DNA from: a virus
Lineage: Duplodnaviria; Caudoviricetes
DNA: 24,928 bases
IMG/VR virus record: IMGVR_UViG_3300005805_000459
Span: 1 to 24,928 of that record
Direction: 5' to 3' (one strand)
A program made the translations under genes and the position numbers. Under the pieces are notes generated by a model, which did no database searches, was not told the origin of the DNA, and worked only from the letters and a program-made list of their open reading frames with translations. Of the stretch, positions 16,612-24,928 are shown piece by piece (within the stretch, counting starts at the first letter, position 1; the number at the start of each line of letters is the position of its first letter).

Positions 16612-18183
16612 TCAGTAGCCAGTATTCAGTTGCACGCGGCCCCAGTTGCCGCTGGCGATGCAGTAGTAGAGGTAGGTGGTTCCGCTGTCGGTGCCGAAGG
16701 CGAAGTCGCCTGCCGTGCCTGCGGCGTTGCTCGCGGGCGTGCGCGTGCCGACGATTCGCATGGTGTCGCCTGCGACAGAAAACAGGCTTGTCGCCGTGCC
16801 TGCGATGTAGGTGGCCGTCGTGCTGCTGTTGCCGATGGTCGTCGTGTTGGAGCCGTTTCCGCGACCCAAATGACCGATGACAATCTGGTTGCTCTGCGAG
16901 TTGGCTGATGGCCTTGCGTCCTGTCCAATGAGGATGCTGCTGCTGCAGGTCTGATTCTGCGTCGTGCCTGATGCGCCGACATACAGACCCGCATCACGTC
17001 CGATGAAGACGTTTTCGTTACCAGAGGACACAAATGCACCAGAGGAACGCCCAACAACGGTATTCGACGCTGCACTGCCTCCAAGGCTCAACAGCGCACT
17101 GACGCCCACGGCCACGTTTCCGTTGCCTTGCGTGAGTGCGTTCAACGCATTAGCGCCCAGCGCCATGTTCGAATCGCCATCGGTGATGGCCTGTCCAGCA
17201 GCATTGCCCAGTAGTGTGTTCTCGATTCCTCCAGCGAGAAGTGCATTTCCGCAGTTGATTCCGATTGCCAAGTTCGTATTCGGCGCAGCGGATGTTCCCG
17301 TACCGAACTTGATACCGTTGATTACGGAATTGGCTCCCGCATAGATCGCGCCAGCCACGCCAAGTCCGCCGTTGACTACCGCCGCGCCCGTGGTTGTGCT
17401 GCTACTAACAGTCGTGTTCGTGTTCCGGAATACGCCGCCGACGTAGGCAGCGCCGCCAACACCAACACCACCCGTAACCACGAGCGCGCCGTTTGTTGTG
17501 GCTGTGCTTGCGGTGCTGTTGGTGACGCTAGTGATTCCAGCAATGCTTGCCGTTCCGCCGACATTGACGTTCTTGACGATGCCGACGCCGCCAGCCACGC
17601 GAAGCGCGCCGCTCGTCGTGGTCGTGCTTTCGGTGTCGTTGTCGATGCGCGTCGCGCCGACAACCGTCAGCGTGCCGTTCAGCCCCGTAGCGCCGTTGAC
17701 CGTCAGCGAGTCCGCAATGGTGACATCGTCGCCTAGCGTGAAGTCGCCGTCTACCTGAAGGTCGCCCTTCAGCGTGGTCTTGCCGCGCACGGCGAGCGTT
17801 TCAAACTCGGGATTGACGAGCACCGCGCCGCCGCCTGCGGGACCGCGTGGGCCGCGAGGACCGGGCTTGCCCTCTTCGCCGGGTTCGCCCTTCTCGCCTT
17901 GGTCGCCCTTGTCGCCCTTCGGACCTTGCTCGCCGCGAAGGCCGTCACGACCCGGCTCGCCCTTCTCGCCCTGCGGACCTTGCGGTCCTGTCTCGCCCTG
18001 CGGACCCACGGGACCGACTGGGCCGACCTTCATCCCGTACAGCGCCTTATGCGCTGCGGTCGCTTCCTCGTTCGCGCTGTCGGCAGCGATGCGCGCACGC
18101 TCGGCGCGCTCTGCCGCCTTCTTCGCCATCACGGCGGCAAGGAGTGTTGCGTTTACCTCGGGGCTGTCTTGCTTGTCGCTCAC
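16612..18183 (-). CDS. fibre protein: helical anchor, collagen-like segment, beta-repeat shaft, Gly/Asn-rich beta-roll tip
   Basis: 21 G-X-Y triplets; three GA(L/A)xVxGG(V/L)G repeats; repeated NxAxG motifs. Confidence 0.85.
   Translation of the reverse strand: MSDKQDSPEVNATLLAAVMAKKAAERAERARIAADSANEEATAAHKALYGMKVGPVGPVGPQGETGPQGPQGEKGEPGRDGLRGEQGPKGDKGDQGEKGEPGEEGKPGPRGPRGPAGGGAVLVNPEFETLAVRGKTTLKGDLQVDGDFTLGDDVTIADSLTVNGATGLNGTLTVVGATRIDNDTESTTTTSGALRVAGGVGIVKNVNVGGTASIAGITSVTNSTASTATTNGALVVTGGVGVGGAAYVGGVFRNTNTTVSSSTTTGAAVVNGGLGVAGAIYAGANSVINGIKFGTGTSAAPNTNLAIGINCGNALLAGGIENTLLGNAAGQAITDGDSNMALGANALNALTQGNGNVAVGVSALLSLGGSAASNTVVGRSSGAFVSSGNENVFIGRDAGLYVGASGTTQNQTCSSSILIGQDARPSANSQSNQIVIGHLGRGNGSNTTTIGNSSTTATYIAGTATSLFSVAGDTMRIVGTRTPASNAAGTAGDFAFGTDSGTTYLYYCIASGNWGRVQLNTGY
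17836..18024 (-). repeat. collagen-like (Gly-X-Y)21 coding repeat
   Basis: [12 protein letters not shown] ... GPR GPR GPA, residues 54-116. Confidence 0.95.
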
Positions 18184-20450
18184 TTGGTCGTGTCCTCGTC
18201 GGAGAGTAGGTATTCAAGCATCTTGGCGTTGCTCACTCGGATCGGGTCAAGGCTCTTCTCGACCGTCACTAGCAGGCGGTCGATTACGGCGCGGTCGCGC
18301 TCGCCCTCTTCGCCGTCGATCAGCGCGACGTACTCGCGGATCGCCTCGCGGCTGGCGCTCTTCTCTGTCTCGCGGTCAAGTTCCTCGACCTTGCGAGCTG
18401 CCCATCCTGCGCCTGCGCCGTCCGGGTTCGACGGGTCGCCGCCCCACAGCATCCACGCGATCGCGCCTGCGGACGGGTAGCCGTCATCGCCGGGTGACGC
18501 GCCTTCGGCGTCGAGGTCGATCCGGTGGCGGCTGAAGTAGGCGTGCATCCGGCGCACAGTCTCGGGGGACAGGTTGGCGCGATTGCTGATGTCCCGCGCC
18601 CGTGCGACTCCGATGGCAGTGCCTCCGCGCCCATGCTCCTCGCGCAGTTCAAGGCCGCGACGGGCGAGGTCAGCCATCTCGTCGGTGGGCTTGGTGTCAA
18701 CGTCCGCGAGCGCCTTGGCCGGGTCGGCGTCCTTCCACGCCTTGCCCTCGCAAACGCTGATAGCGATGGCAATGGCCTGCTCGCGTGGGTAGCCCTCGTC
18801 AACAAGCGTGGCGATGTTCTCGCTGACGCAGTCCGCGCCACCGCTGACGAGCGGCTTGCTGACGAGGCGCTTTGACGCCTGCACCGTCGGCGCTGCGGCT
18901 TCGGGAAGCACGGATGCTTGCGGAAGCTCGATCCCCGTTTGGGCTTGCACCATCGTTTGCGCTGCCTGTCGGCTGATGCCAAGCGCCTCGATAAGCGCGA
19001 TAGCGGCTGCAGGTGCAACCGTGCCTGCGCTGACTCCGAGCAGGATCTCATTCGCGGATGCGATCTGCGCGCCGTTGAGGCTGATGCCCTGTTGCGGGGC
19101 AGGAGAGGCGCTAGGAGCCGCCCCACCGCCAAGGGCGCCCGCGAGCCCTCCGAGAGCGCCGAGCGGCTGTCCGTTGACGTAGAGCCGATCTGCGGCCCTG
19201 TCTTCCATCGGGTCGTAGCCGGCTTCGAGCCGCGCCTCGTTGGGCGTCATCCAACCGCCCGCGACCGATGTCTGCCGCTCGACTAGATCCTGCTGGCGGT
19301 CGGCGGGGACGGGGTTGTCGTATGCGAGGTAGGCGTCCTCCTCGATGCCGAACAGCGGGAGGAGTTTGGCGTTCAGCGTCTCCTCGTCGAGCCTGCAGAT
19401 CGGGGCGATGGTCGATTCCCGCCACTGCGCGTAGCCGCTCTTCGCGGCGGCAAGATTCGGGTCGTTCGCCTTGAGCATCGACACGGGTACGCCGAATACG
19501 GCGGCGATCTCCTCGACGATCTCGTCGCGCCCGCTCAAGTCCTTCGTCGGGAAGGAGAGCGGCTGCAGCGTCACGTCGCCCGTGATGGCGAACATCCGAC
19601 CCGCCTTGCGCGTGCCCTGCAGCGCCTCGCGCATCTTCGTCTCGAAGCGCTCCAACTGCTCGCGCCCCGCGCCGCCCTTGATGATCGCGGCGTAGTCCGG
19701 GCGGCTCATGTTCTCGAAGAACGAGAGGTCCATCTCGTGGATCGCCTCGTTCTGCTGCACGACGCCCCACGCCGCCTCGACCTTGCCCATGCCGTACAGC
19801 AGGCTCTTGGGGTTGGGTCGGCGGAAGTGGATCACCTCGTCCGTGGCAAAGTCCTGCTCGGACTGATTGTCCACGCCGTAGCGGTAGCCCGCGATCAGGC
19901 CGTCCGTGCTCGGGATGACCTTGACCCACTGCGCGGGCATCGTCCACAGCTCTGTGGGAATGTTGAGCGCGGCGTCAAAGACGGGATGCAAGTAGGCATT
20001 GCCCGTCAGTTCGAGGTACAGGATGCGCGTCATCGCCAGCCCGAAGCCGTCGTCCACGCTGTTCGCCTTGCGCAGCACCTCAAGGACGGGGTGCTCGAAC
20101 GCCACCTCCTCGAAGTCGCCGGCGAGCGCCTTCCGCATGACGAGCCGCGACGGCTGGTTTGCCGTGTCGCCCATGAGATACGCCTTGCGCGCGCGCGGTA
20201 CGCGTCGCGTGTCGTAGAGCTTGCGCCCCGGTCGGCTCTTGACGTACAGGCGCAGCGGCACGGACGCGACCGCCTGCGCGTTGATGCTCGCCGCCGCGTA
20301 GATCCACGACGAGTACGCGCGCACCGCCGAGCCGTAGGAGAATGGCTGACCCTTCGCCTTGCCGTTCTTCTCGATCACGGACAGGCTCGACGCGAAGTAC
20401 TGGTCTGGCGTGTCCTGACGCTTTCGGCGGAAGAAGTCGAGTAGTCCCAT
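18180..20450 (-). CDS. HK97-family portal protein with long C-terminal extension (756 aa)
   Basis: [34 protein letters not shown] motifs within the first ~430 aa; follows the terminase. Confidence 0.93.
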   Translation of the reverse strand: MGLLDFFRRKRQDTPDQYFASSLSVIEKNGKAKGQPFSYGSAVRAYSSWIYAAASINAQAVASVPLRLYVKSRPGRKLYDTRRVPRARKAYLMGDTANQPSRLVMRKALAGDFEEVAFEHPVLEVLRKANSVDDGFGLAMTRILYLELTGNAYLHPVFDAALNIPTELWTMPAQWVKVIPSTDGLIAGYRYGVDNQSEQDFATDEVIHFRRPNPKSLLYGMGKVEAAWGVVQQNEAIHEMDLSFFENMSRPDYAAIIKGGAGREQLERFETKMREALQGTRKAGRMFAITGDVTLQPLSFPTKDLSGRDEIVEEIAAVFGVPVSMLKANDPNLAAAKSGYAQWRESTIAPICRLDEETLNAKLLPLFGIEEDAYLAYDNPVPADRQQDLVERQTSVAGGWMTPNEARLEAGYDPMEDRAADRLYVNGQPLGALGGLAGALGGGAAPSASPAPQQGISLNGAQIASANEILLGVSAGTVAPAAAIALIEALGISRQAAQTMVQAQTGIELPQASVLPEAAAPTVQASKRLVSKPLVSGGADCVSENIATLVDEGYPREQAIAIAISVCEGKAWKDADPAKALADVDTKPTDEMADLARRGLELREEHGRGGTAIGVARARDISNRANLSPETVRRMHAYFSRHRIDLDAEGASPGDDGYPSAGAIAWMLWGGDPSNPDGAGAGWAARKVEELDRETEKSASREAIREYVALIDGEEGERDRAVIDRLLVTVEKSLDPIRVSNAKMLEYLLSDEDTTK

Positions 20451-20454
20451 TGGT

Positions 20455-21663
20455 TCAGAAGATCCGTACGTCGAGGGTGTTCGAGCGGGCGAAGGCTAGA
20501 TGTCGCACGGCGAGCGCAAGCGCGCATACGCCGTCATCGTGCAGTCCTGCAGGTGCCTCATACCTTACGCCCGTTCGCGTGTGCTCGTAGCCGAACGCCT
20601 CCAACTCGCTGCGTAGCCAGCCGTCGGGTATGCCAATGCGCCCTTGCTGGATCGCGGCGGCGAGCCCTTCCATGAGCTGTTGCTTGCTCGGCGCCGTGAA
20701 CTTGAAGCCCTCGACGTTCGGTAGGTCGCGCTGCAGATCCTCGACAATCGGGTCGCCCACGCCCGTCGAGTCAATCAGCGCCGGCGTCTCGCCGATCATG
20801 CGAACGAGCCGGGTCTTGGTATCTGCCCACTGTCCCTGCCACCTCTCAAGCGCTACGACGTTGCCGTCCTCGTCTACGCCGACCGCGACCGTCCAATCCT
20901 GACTCTTGGCAAGGTCAACGCCCCAGACCGCGACTGCGCCCTCGGCAATGGGGCGCACGCACTTGGCGATCGCCTCGATGCCGAAGGGGTTGCCGCCATC
21001 GTCCGATGGCTCCGCGAGGTACAGCTCCTTGAACACGGCGGCGGGCAGGTCGCGCATCGCCGCCTCGACCTCCTCGCGCCTGATGACGCCGCCCTCGACC
21101 GCATCCCACGCCGTCAGCTTGTGGTAGCCGATGTCGCCCGCCGGGTCTGCCTGCGCCCGCTGCGCGAGTCGGTGCACCCAGTTCCGCCGGCCACGGACGT
21201 TGCCGATGATGCGGACGGGCGCGCGCGTCGCGGTCAGGGTCGAGCGCACGGCGTGCCACGACTCCTCGCGCATCCGGGTCGCCTCATCGAGCACCGCGCC
21301 GTACACGTCCTCGCCGTAGAGGTTGTCGGGATCGTCGCCGCTCTTGAACCAGATCCGCGAGCCGGACGCAAGCTCGACCCACATCTCGGTGTCATGCGAC
21401 TTCCACACCCGTTTCAGCGGGTCGGACTGCCGCAGCCATGACTTGAGCCGATCGAAGGCGATCTTCGACTGGCTGAACACGGGGGCTACCCACCAGTACG
21501 AATGACCCTCCACCTTGTCATTCCATGCGCGTCCTAGCAGCCATACGAGCGCCGATGCCGTCTTGCCAACCTTGGTACTAGCCTCGATCACCGAGATCCT
21601 GCGTGGGTCGTGGATCGCGTCGTACTGCTTCGCGTAGAGCGGCGGCAGGCGCAGCTCGACCAT
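20455..21663 (-). CDS. terL: terminase large subunit
   Basis: Walker A ASTKVGKT, Walker B AVLDEA, nuclease GVDLAKSQDWT and HDDGVCALAL. Confidence 0.95.
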   Translation of the reverse strand: MVELRLPPLYAKQYDAIHDPRRISVIEASTKVGKTASALVWLLGRAWNDKVEGHSYWWVAPVFSQSKIAFDRLKSWLRQSDPLKRVWKSHDTEMWVELASGSRIWFKSGDDPDNLYGEDVYGAVLDEATRMREESWHAVRSTLTATRAPVRIIGNVRGRRNWVHRLAQRAQADPAGDIGYHKLTAWDAVEGGVIRREEVEAAMRDLPAAVFKELYLAEPSDDGGNPFGIEAIAKCVRPIAEGAVAVWGVDLAKSQDWTVAVGVDEDGNVVALERWQGQWADTKTRLVRMIGETPALIDSTGVGDPIVEDLQRDLPNVEGFKFTAPSKQQLMEGLAAAIQQGRIGIPDGWLRSELEAFGYEHTRTGVRYEAPAGLHDDGVCALALAVRHLAFARSNTLDVRIF

Positions 21664-21998
21664 CAGTCGCGCCGCTCGAAGGTGATCGGCTTCAGTTCGA
21701 TTCGCTCGGTCGCCTCGCCGCTCTCAAGGCGCCCGATCTTGTCCAAGAGCGCCAGCGCCTCGACGTCGTCCTTGCGCATCTGCACAAGCAGGCGCACGGC
21801 GGCGATGCGGTCACGGTCTACCGGGCTCGACCGCATGATGTCTGCCGCGATGTCTCGCGCGTCGCGCCTCACATCCTCGGGTACGTCCCATCCCGCTCGT
21901 AGCGCGGCGGTCAGCGTGCGCAGATCCTCGCGTACGTGGTGCGGGTCTTTGAAGAGCGAAGAGCCGCCCTGACCCTCCGTTGAAACGATGTCACTCAT
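21663..21998 (-). CDS. putative terminase small subunit
   Basis: Small helical protein coupled (TGATG) to terL; positional call only. Confidence 0.5.
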   Translation of the reverse strand: MSDIVSTEGQGGSSLFKDPHHVREDLRTLTAALRAGWDVPEDVRRDARDIAADIMRSSPVDRDRIAAVRLLVQMRKDDVEALALLDKIGRLESGEATERIELKPITFERRD

Positions 21999-22011
21999 CG
22001 AAGTGAGGATA

Positions 22012-22046
22012 CGACAGCGCCCACGCCGAAGCGCGGGCGCGTGTCG
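22012..22046 (-). terminator. GC-rich hairpin with cUUCGg loop and no U-tract
   Basis: CGACA-C-GCGCCCGCGC-TTCG-GCGTGGGCGC-TGTCG between the membrane-protein cluster and the packaging genes. Confidence 0.5.
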
Positions 22047-22066
22047 CTTCCGGGGGGGAGTGTCGG

Positions 22067-22189
22067 TCAGTCCTTCTTGAACAGTCGGCCCATCGGGACG
22101 ATGTTGCCCGCGACGTAGCCGATCACGCCGCAGAGCAGCGCGAACCAGATGGAGCCGAGGAAGGACGAGAATTCAGCGAGAATGGTCAT
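22067..22189 (-). CDS. 40-aa membrane protein MTILAEFSSFLGSIWFALLCGVIGYVAGNIVPMGRLFKKD (holin-like?)
   Basis: Missing from the ORF track; ATGA overlap with the upstream stop; strong GC3 codon bias; one TM helix and a basic C-terminus. Confidence 0.75.
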   Translation of the reverse strand: MTILAEFSSFLGSIWFALLCGVIGYVAGNIVPMGRLFKKD

Positions 22190-22452
22190 GGTCTTGAGTC
22201 TCCGGTAGCCGCGACCGCAAGCGCCACGAAGCGCATGAGGTCGGCAGTACGGATCATAGCGGCGACCGTCTCGCCGTCGTCAAGGTCGATCTCTATGGCG
22301 ACCGTCCCCGGCTGATCTGGGTCCGCGTTCATGCGGAGCTTGCGGGCGCGCGTGCCGCACCTGTCCCATGAGAAGGCCGGCCATACGAACTGCATCCACG
22401 GCTTCCCGTCCTCGATCCCGTCAAGGTCGATCGGCGATGGGTCGGGCTGCAT
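22186..22452 (-). CDS. hypothetical protein (88 aa, MQPDPSP...)
   Basis: Start reassigned to 22452 (GAGGA RBS); overlaps the upstream gene by 32 nt. Confidence 0.6.
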   Translation of the reverse strand: MQPDPSPIDLDGIEDGKPWMQFVWPAFSWDRCGTRARKLRMNADPDQPGTVAIEIDLDDGETVAAMIRTADLMRFVALAVAATGDSRP

Positions 22453-22999
22453 TTGTCCTCTTCTTGCGATCACGGGCTTCTCTCCTGTAGGCGGCGTCAA
22501 ACATGGGGTCTTGCGCGCGGCGCACCGCAATCCATTCGCGCAAGGTGACTTCTGAAGCATCGTTGAGCGCCTTGGCGGCGATGTTCGCCTCCCGTCGCTC
22601 GCCTGCCGGGATGAACAGACCGACCGCCGCGAGAAGTCGCTTGACAAACGCTCCGAGCCCGGTCATCCACAGCAGCGCCACCACGCCTATCACTGATAGG
22701 GCGATGAGCCCCCATGAGAGCAGGTTCGCCCACCACGGCGTGACGTCCTTGACGCCCGGCAAGGCGGACACGATGACTTCGGTAGCCCCGATGATCCGTG
22801 CCTGTTCCTTGGCTCCTGCCTTGGCATCCGGAGCGATTCCGCCATACTTGCCGTCAACTGTAGCGGCTTCGATCCTCTCGAACCGCTGCTTGCTGCTCTC
22901 GGCGTTGGTGCGGATCACACCACTTGCATCGGCTATCCGCTGCGTGTCGCTGCAGCCGATGGCGCAGATTGCCGCCGCGATGGCGAGCGCTCGGATCAT
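22421..22999 (-). CDS. lipoprotein with internal transmembrane helix; unimolecular-spanin-like
   Basis: Signal II lipobox AIGC (Cys16), ~70-aa helical region, TM WWANLLSWGLIALSVIGVVALLWM, basic tail. Confidence 0.65.
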   Translation of the reverse strand: MIRALAIAAAICAIGCSDTQRIADASGVIRTNAESSKQRFERIEAATVDGKYGGIAPDAKAGAKEQARIIGATEVIVSALPGVKDVTPWWANLLSWGLIALSVIGVVALLWMTGLGAFVKRLLAAVGLFIPAGERREANIAAKALNDASEVTLREWIAVRRAQDPMFDAAYRREARDRKKRTNAARPIADRP

Positions 23000-23226
23000 G
23001 GGCCGATCTTGACGAACCGCATGGCGACGGAGACAAGCGCGCCGATGACCGCAGCCGCCCCGAGCATCTTGTGCTTCATGCCCTCGATGTCGTGGACCCG
23101 TGCTTCAAGGCGCTGTATCGCCTGCTGCAGCTCATCTTGCCTGCCGAGCAGGCTATCGACCTTGCCTTCGAGGCGACCGATGGCGAGCATGATGGTCGCC
23201 AACTCCGATTCCGTCGTGCTGTTCAT
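22996..23226 (-). CDS. coiled-coil protein with C-terminal TM helix (XhlA/holin-like)
   Basis: IGRLEGKVDSL...LEARVHDIE heptads followed by LGAAAVIGALVSVAM. Confidence 0.7.
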   Translation of the reverse strand: MNSTTESELATIMLAIGRLEGKVDSLLGRQDELQQAIQRLEARVHDIEGMKHKMLGAAAVIGALVSVAMRFVKIGP

Positions 23227-23462
23227 TCGCCCTCATCCTCTTGGATGATCTCTTCCATACGCTCGTTGGCAACTTCGAGCATCCGGGCGCAGAGCACCCG
23301 GTTGCCCTGCGACGCGAGCCGAACGTGGGTACGGTCAGGATCGTTGTACGAGACGACGATCACGACCGCGTCTGCGTCTGCTGCCTCGATGATCTGCGAG
23401 CAGCACTGGCGCATCAGGCGCTTGCGTCGCTGGGACCGTGTCTCGGGTGGCTTGTTGCTCAT
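23223..23462 (-). CDS. hypothetical protein (79 aa, MSNKPPET...)
   Basis: Start reassigned to 23462 by ATGA overlap; coupled downstream. Confidence 0.65.
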   Translation of the reverse strand: MSNKPPETRSQRRKRLMRQCCSQIIEAADADAVVIVVSYNDPDRTHVRLASQGNRVLCARMLEVANERMEEIIQEDEGE

Positions 23463-24385
23463 GCTGGAATCAACTCTACGCGCGGTCGGGTCGTGGTCTT
23501 GCCCTCGTCCTTGACGAGGTTGAAGGACAGGCGCATCCAGTAGCCGCCTAGCGGCTTGGGCGGCGCTCCGCGCTCGATGTGCCACCCTCCAAGGCCCGAG
23601 GAGTATTCGTCCTTGTAGGTTCCCACGACACAGGTCCATTGGCTCTTGTGCTGCAGCTTGTAGCAGCCTCCGCAGGCGGTCGGCTCCTCTTGCGTGATCT
23701 CAAGCGCCCACCGTTCGTGGATGTGTCCGCGCACCACGACATCAGCGCCGGGAAGATAGGACGCCATACGCCGAACAGCCAGCGTTCCGAAACTCATCAA
23801 GCCTCCACCTCCGCTGCCGTGAAAGACCTTGACCCATAGCCCCGTTTTCTGCCCGTGCATCTGCATCGTGACGTGCAGCCAGCCGCCATAGCCTCCGGCG
23901 ACGATCGACGTGTTCGCTTTCGTGTTGATGCGCTCGACCATGCGCGTCGTGAGGCACGTCTCCTTGCGCTTGAGCACCGCGGTTTCATGGTTTCCGGCGC
24001 CGATGTAGGCGATGTTGTCCGCGTACGGGACGAGGAAGTCGGCGTTGTACTTGACCAGCGCATCGAGGTAGTCGGTCGCGTTGGCAAGCTCCGGGCGCGC
24101 GACGGCGCCCTTGACCGCCCGTGGATCGCCGACGCCACCCATAGCGCAGGCCAAGTCACCCACATCGACCACGCAGGCGCCACGACGCACCGCCTCATCG
24201 AGGTGCTGGCGCTGGAGGTCATGGTCGCTGTGCGGATTGTCGTGGTGGGCGTCGCCACGCAGCAGGAACCAGAGGCAATCGTCCATGCCTTCGATGTCCT
24301 GATGGATATGCGTGATGGCGGGATGCACGCGGCGATGCGTCCACCGCTTGCCCGTCGCCGTGATTGCCTTTCGCTTCGCCGGCAT
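23459..24385 (-). CDS. calcineurin-like metallophosphoesterase
   Basis: All five motifs present: GDAH, VGD, GNHE, FHG, GHIH. Confidence 0.9.
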   Translation of the reverse strand: MPAKRKAITATGKRWTHRRVHPAITHIHQDIEGMDDCLWFLLRGDAHHDNPHSDHDLQRQHLDEAVRRGACVVDVGDLACAMGGVGDPRAVKGAVARPELANATDYLDALVKYNADFLVPYADNIAYIGAGNHETAVLKRKETCLTTRMVERINTKANTSIVAGGYGGWLHVTMQMHGQKTGLWVKVFHGSGGGGLMSFGTLAVRRMASYLPGADVVVRGHIHERWALEITQEEPTACGGCYKLQHKSQWTCVVGTYKDEYSSGLGGWHIERGAPPKPLGGYWMRLSFNLVKDEGKTTTRPRVELIPA

Positions 24386-24879
24386 CAGTCCTCCTCTGGC
24401 GCGAGCCCGTCAGCCTGCGAGAGCCTGACGTGGTACGCGGTGATGTGCGCCCCAGCGGGCTCGCCCGGGTGCGCGTAGATGCGGTAGATGAGCTGCTCGC
24501 AGATGTGCGCGTCGTCGCCCCACAGGATCCCCGTGAGCGCGTCCTCGGTGGAGCGGAGCAGCTTGGTCACGTCGGGGCGCACGATGGGCACTATCGGCGC
24601 GCCCTTGCGCAGCGCTCCAGATTTGGTGAGGTGCGACGCGGGGCGCGTCATGCGGAACGTGATCGTCAGCCCGATCGGCGGGGCGATGACCTCGCGCGCG
24701 TCCATCGCAATGCGCGCAGCGGTCGCCACCAGCGCACGCCACTGCTTCGTGCGCTTGCCGCCGGCATCGGTCACGACGATTCGCCCGGTGTGCTTATGGA
24801 AGAAGGCGCTCTTCGAGCCGCCCGGCGCAGGCTCGCCCTCGACGTGGAACGCCACCCGGTCGAGGCGCTGCGTCTTCAT
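24385..24879 (-). CDS. rusA: RusA-family Holliday junction resolvase
   Basis: VEGEPAPGGSK, FRMTRP, RPDVTKLLRSTEDALTGILWGDDAHI. Confidence 0.88.
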   Translation of the reverse strand: MKTQRLDRVAFHVEGEPAPGGSKSAFFHKHTGRIVVTDAGGKRTKQWRALVATAARIAMDAREVIAPPIGLTITFRMTRPASHLTKSGALRKGAPIVPIVRPDVTKLLRSTEDALTGILWGDDAHICEQLIYRIYAHPGEPAGAHITAYHVRLSQADGLAPEED

Positions 24880-24928
24880 CAGTCGTCCTGCACGGCAGGC
24901 GCGAGCCCGAGCCGCTGCAGCCTCCCAT
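24879..24928 (-). CDS. 3' end of an upstream gene (...GLAPAVQDD*)
   Basis: Open frame ending in a TGA that overlaps the rusA ATG. Confidence 0.4.
   Translation of the reverse strand, partial: GRLQRLGLAPAVQDD

Noticed and set aside
17836-18024. Periodic DNA repeats resembling a tandem array or CRISPR
   Set aside because: Fully explained by Gly-X-Y collagen codons; no repeat-spacer structure
19111-19947. 278-aa alternative-frame ORF within the portal gene
   Set aside because: Arg/Gly/Ala-rich off-frame translation typical of high-GC DNA; no independent evidence
242-20974. Several GCGATCGC (HIP1-like) octamers suggesting a cyanobacterial host
   Set aside because: Only a handful seen; explicable by GCG-ATC-GCN codons in high-GC genes
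22052-22058. G7 homopolymer as a phase-variation tract
   Set aside because: Intergenic, short, downstream of a stop codon and unremarkable at this GC content
1-24928. tRNA, rRNA, integrase/att site, IS element, intron/intein or diversity-generating retroelement
   Set aside because: None recognisable by eye; terL and capsid are uninterrupted, and no reverse transcriptase or template/variable repeat pair was seen

Overview
This window is a high-GC segment of a tailed dsDNA phage or prophage, and every supportable gene lies on the minus strand. Read in transcription order (right to left), it starts with a RusA resolvase, a calcineurin-like metallophosphoesterase and a cluster of small membrane/lipoproteins (lysis-like, no endolysin visible). 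Next come the packaging and head genes: terminase small and large subunits, an HK97-type portal with a ~325-aa C-terminal extension, a collagen/beta-repeat fibre plus small partner, a MuF-like protein, prohead protease, HK97 major capsid and a probable decoration protein. A SAM-methyltransferase/GT-A glycosyltransferase fusion follows, then four head-tail joining genes, a tail tube, a tail assembly chaperone with a -1 slippery site, a short tape measure and a non-canonical, partly Cys-rich tail tip module. The window ends in small accessory genes with sigma70-like promoters and a repeated leader. No sheath gene is seen, so the virion is probably a short-tailed siphovirus. The most interesting candidates are a virion surface-modification system (MTase-GT among Ser/Thr-rich head and neck proteins), a head-module collagen fibre, a multi-domain portal fusion, a unimolecular-spanin-like lipoprotein and a recurring hairpin plus -10-box architecture. 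All family calls come from motif recognition and synteny by eye; no database search was run and the host is unknown.
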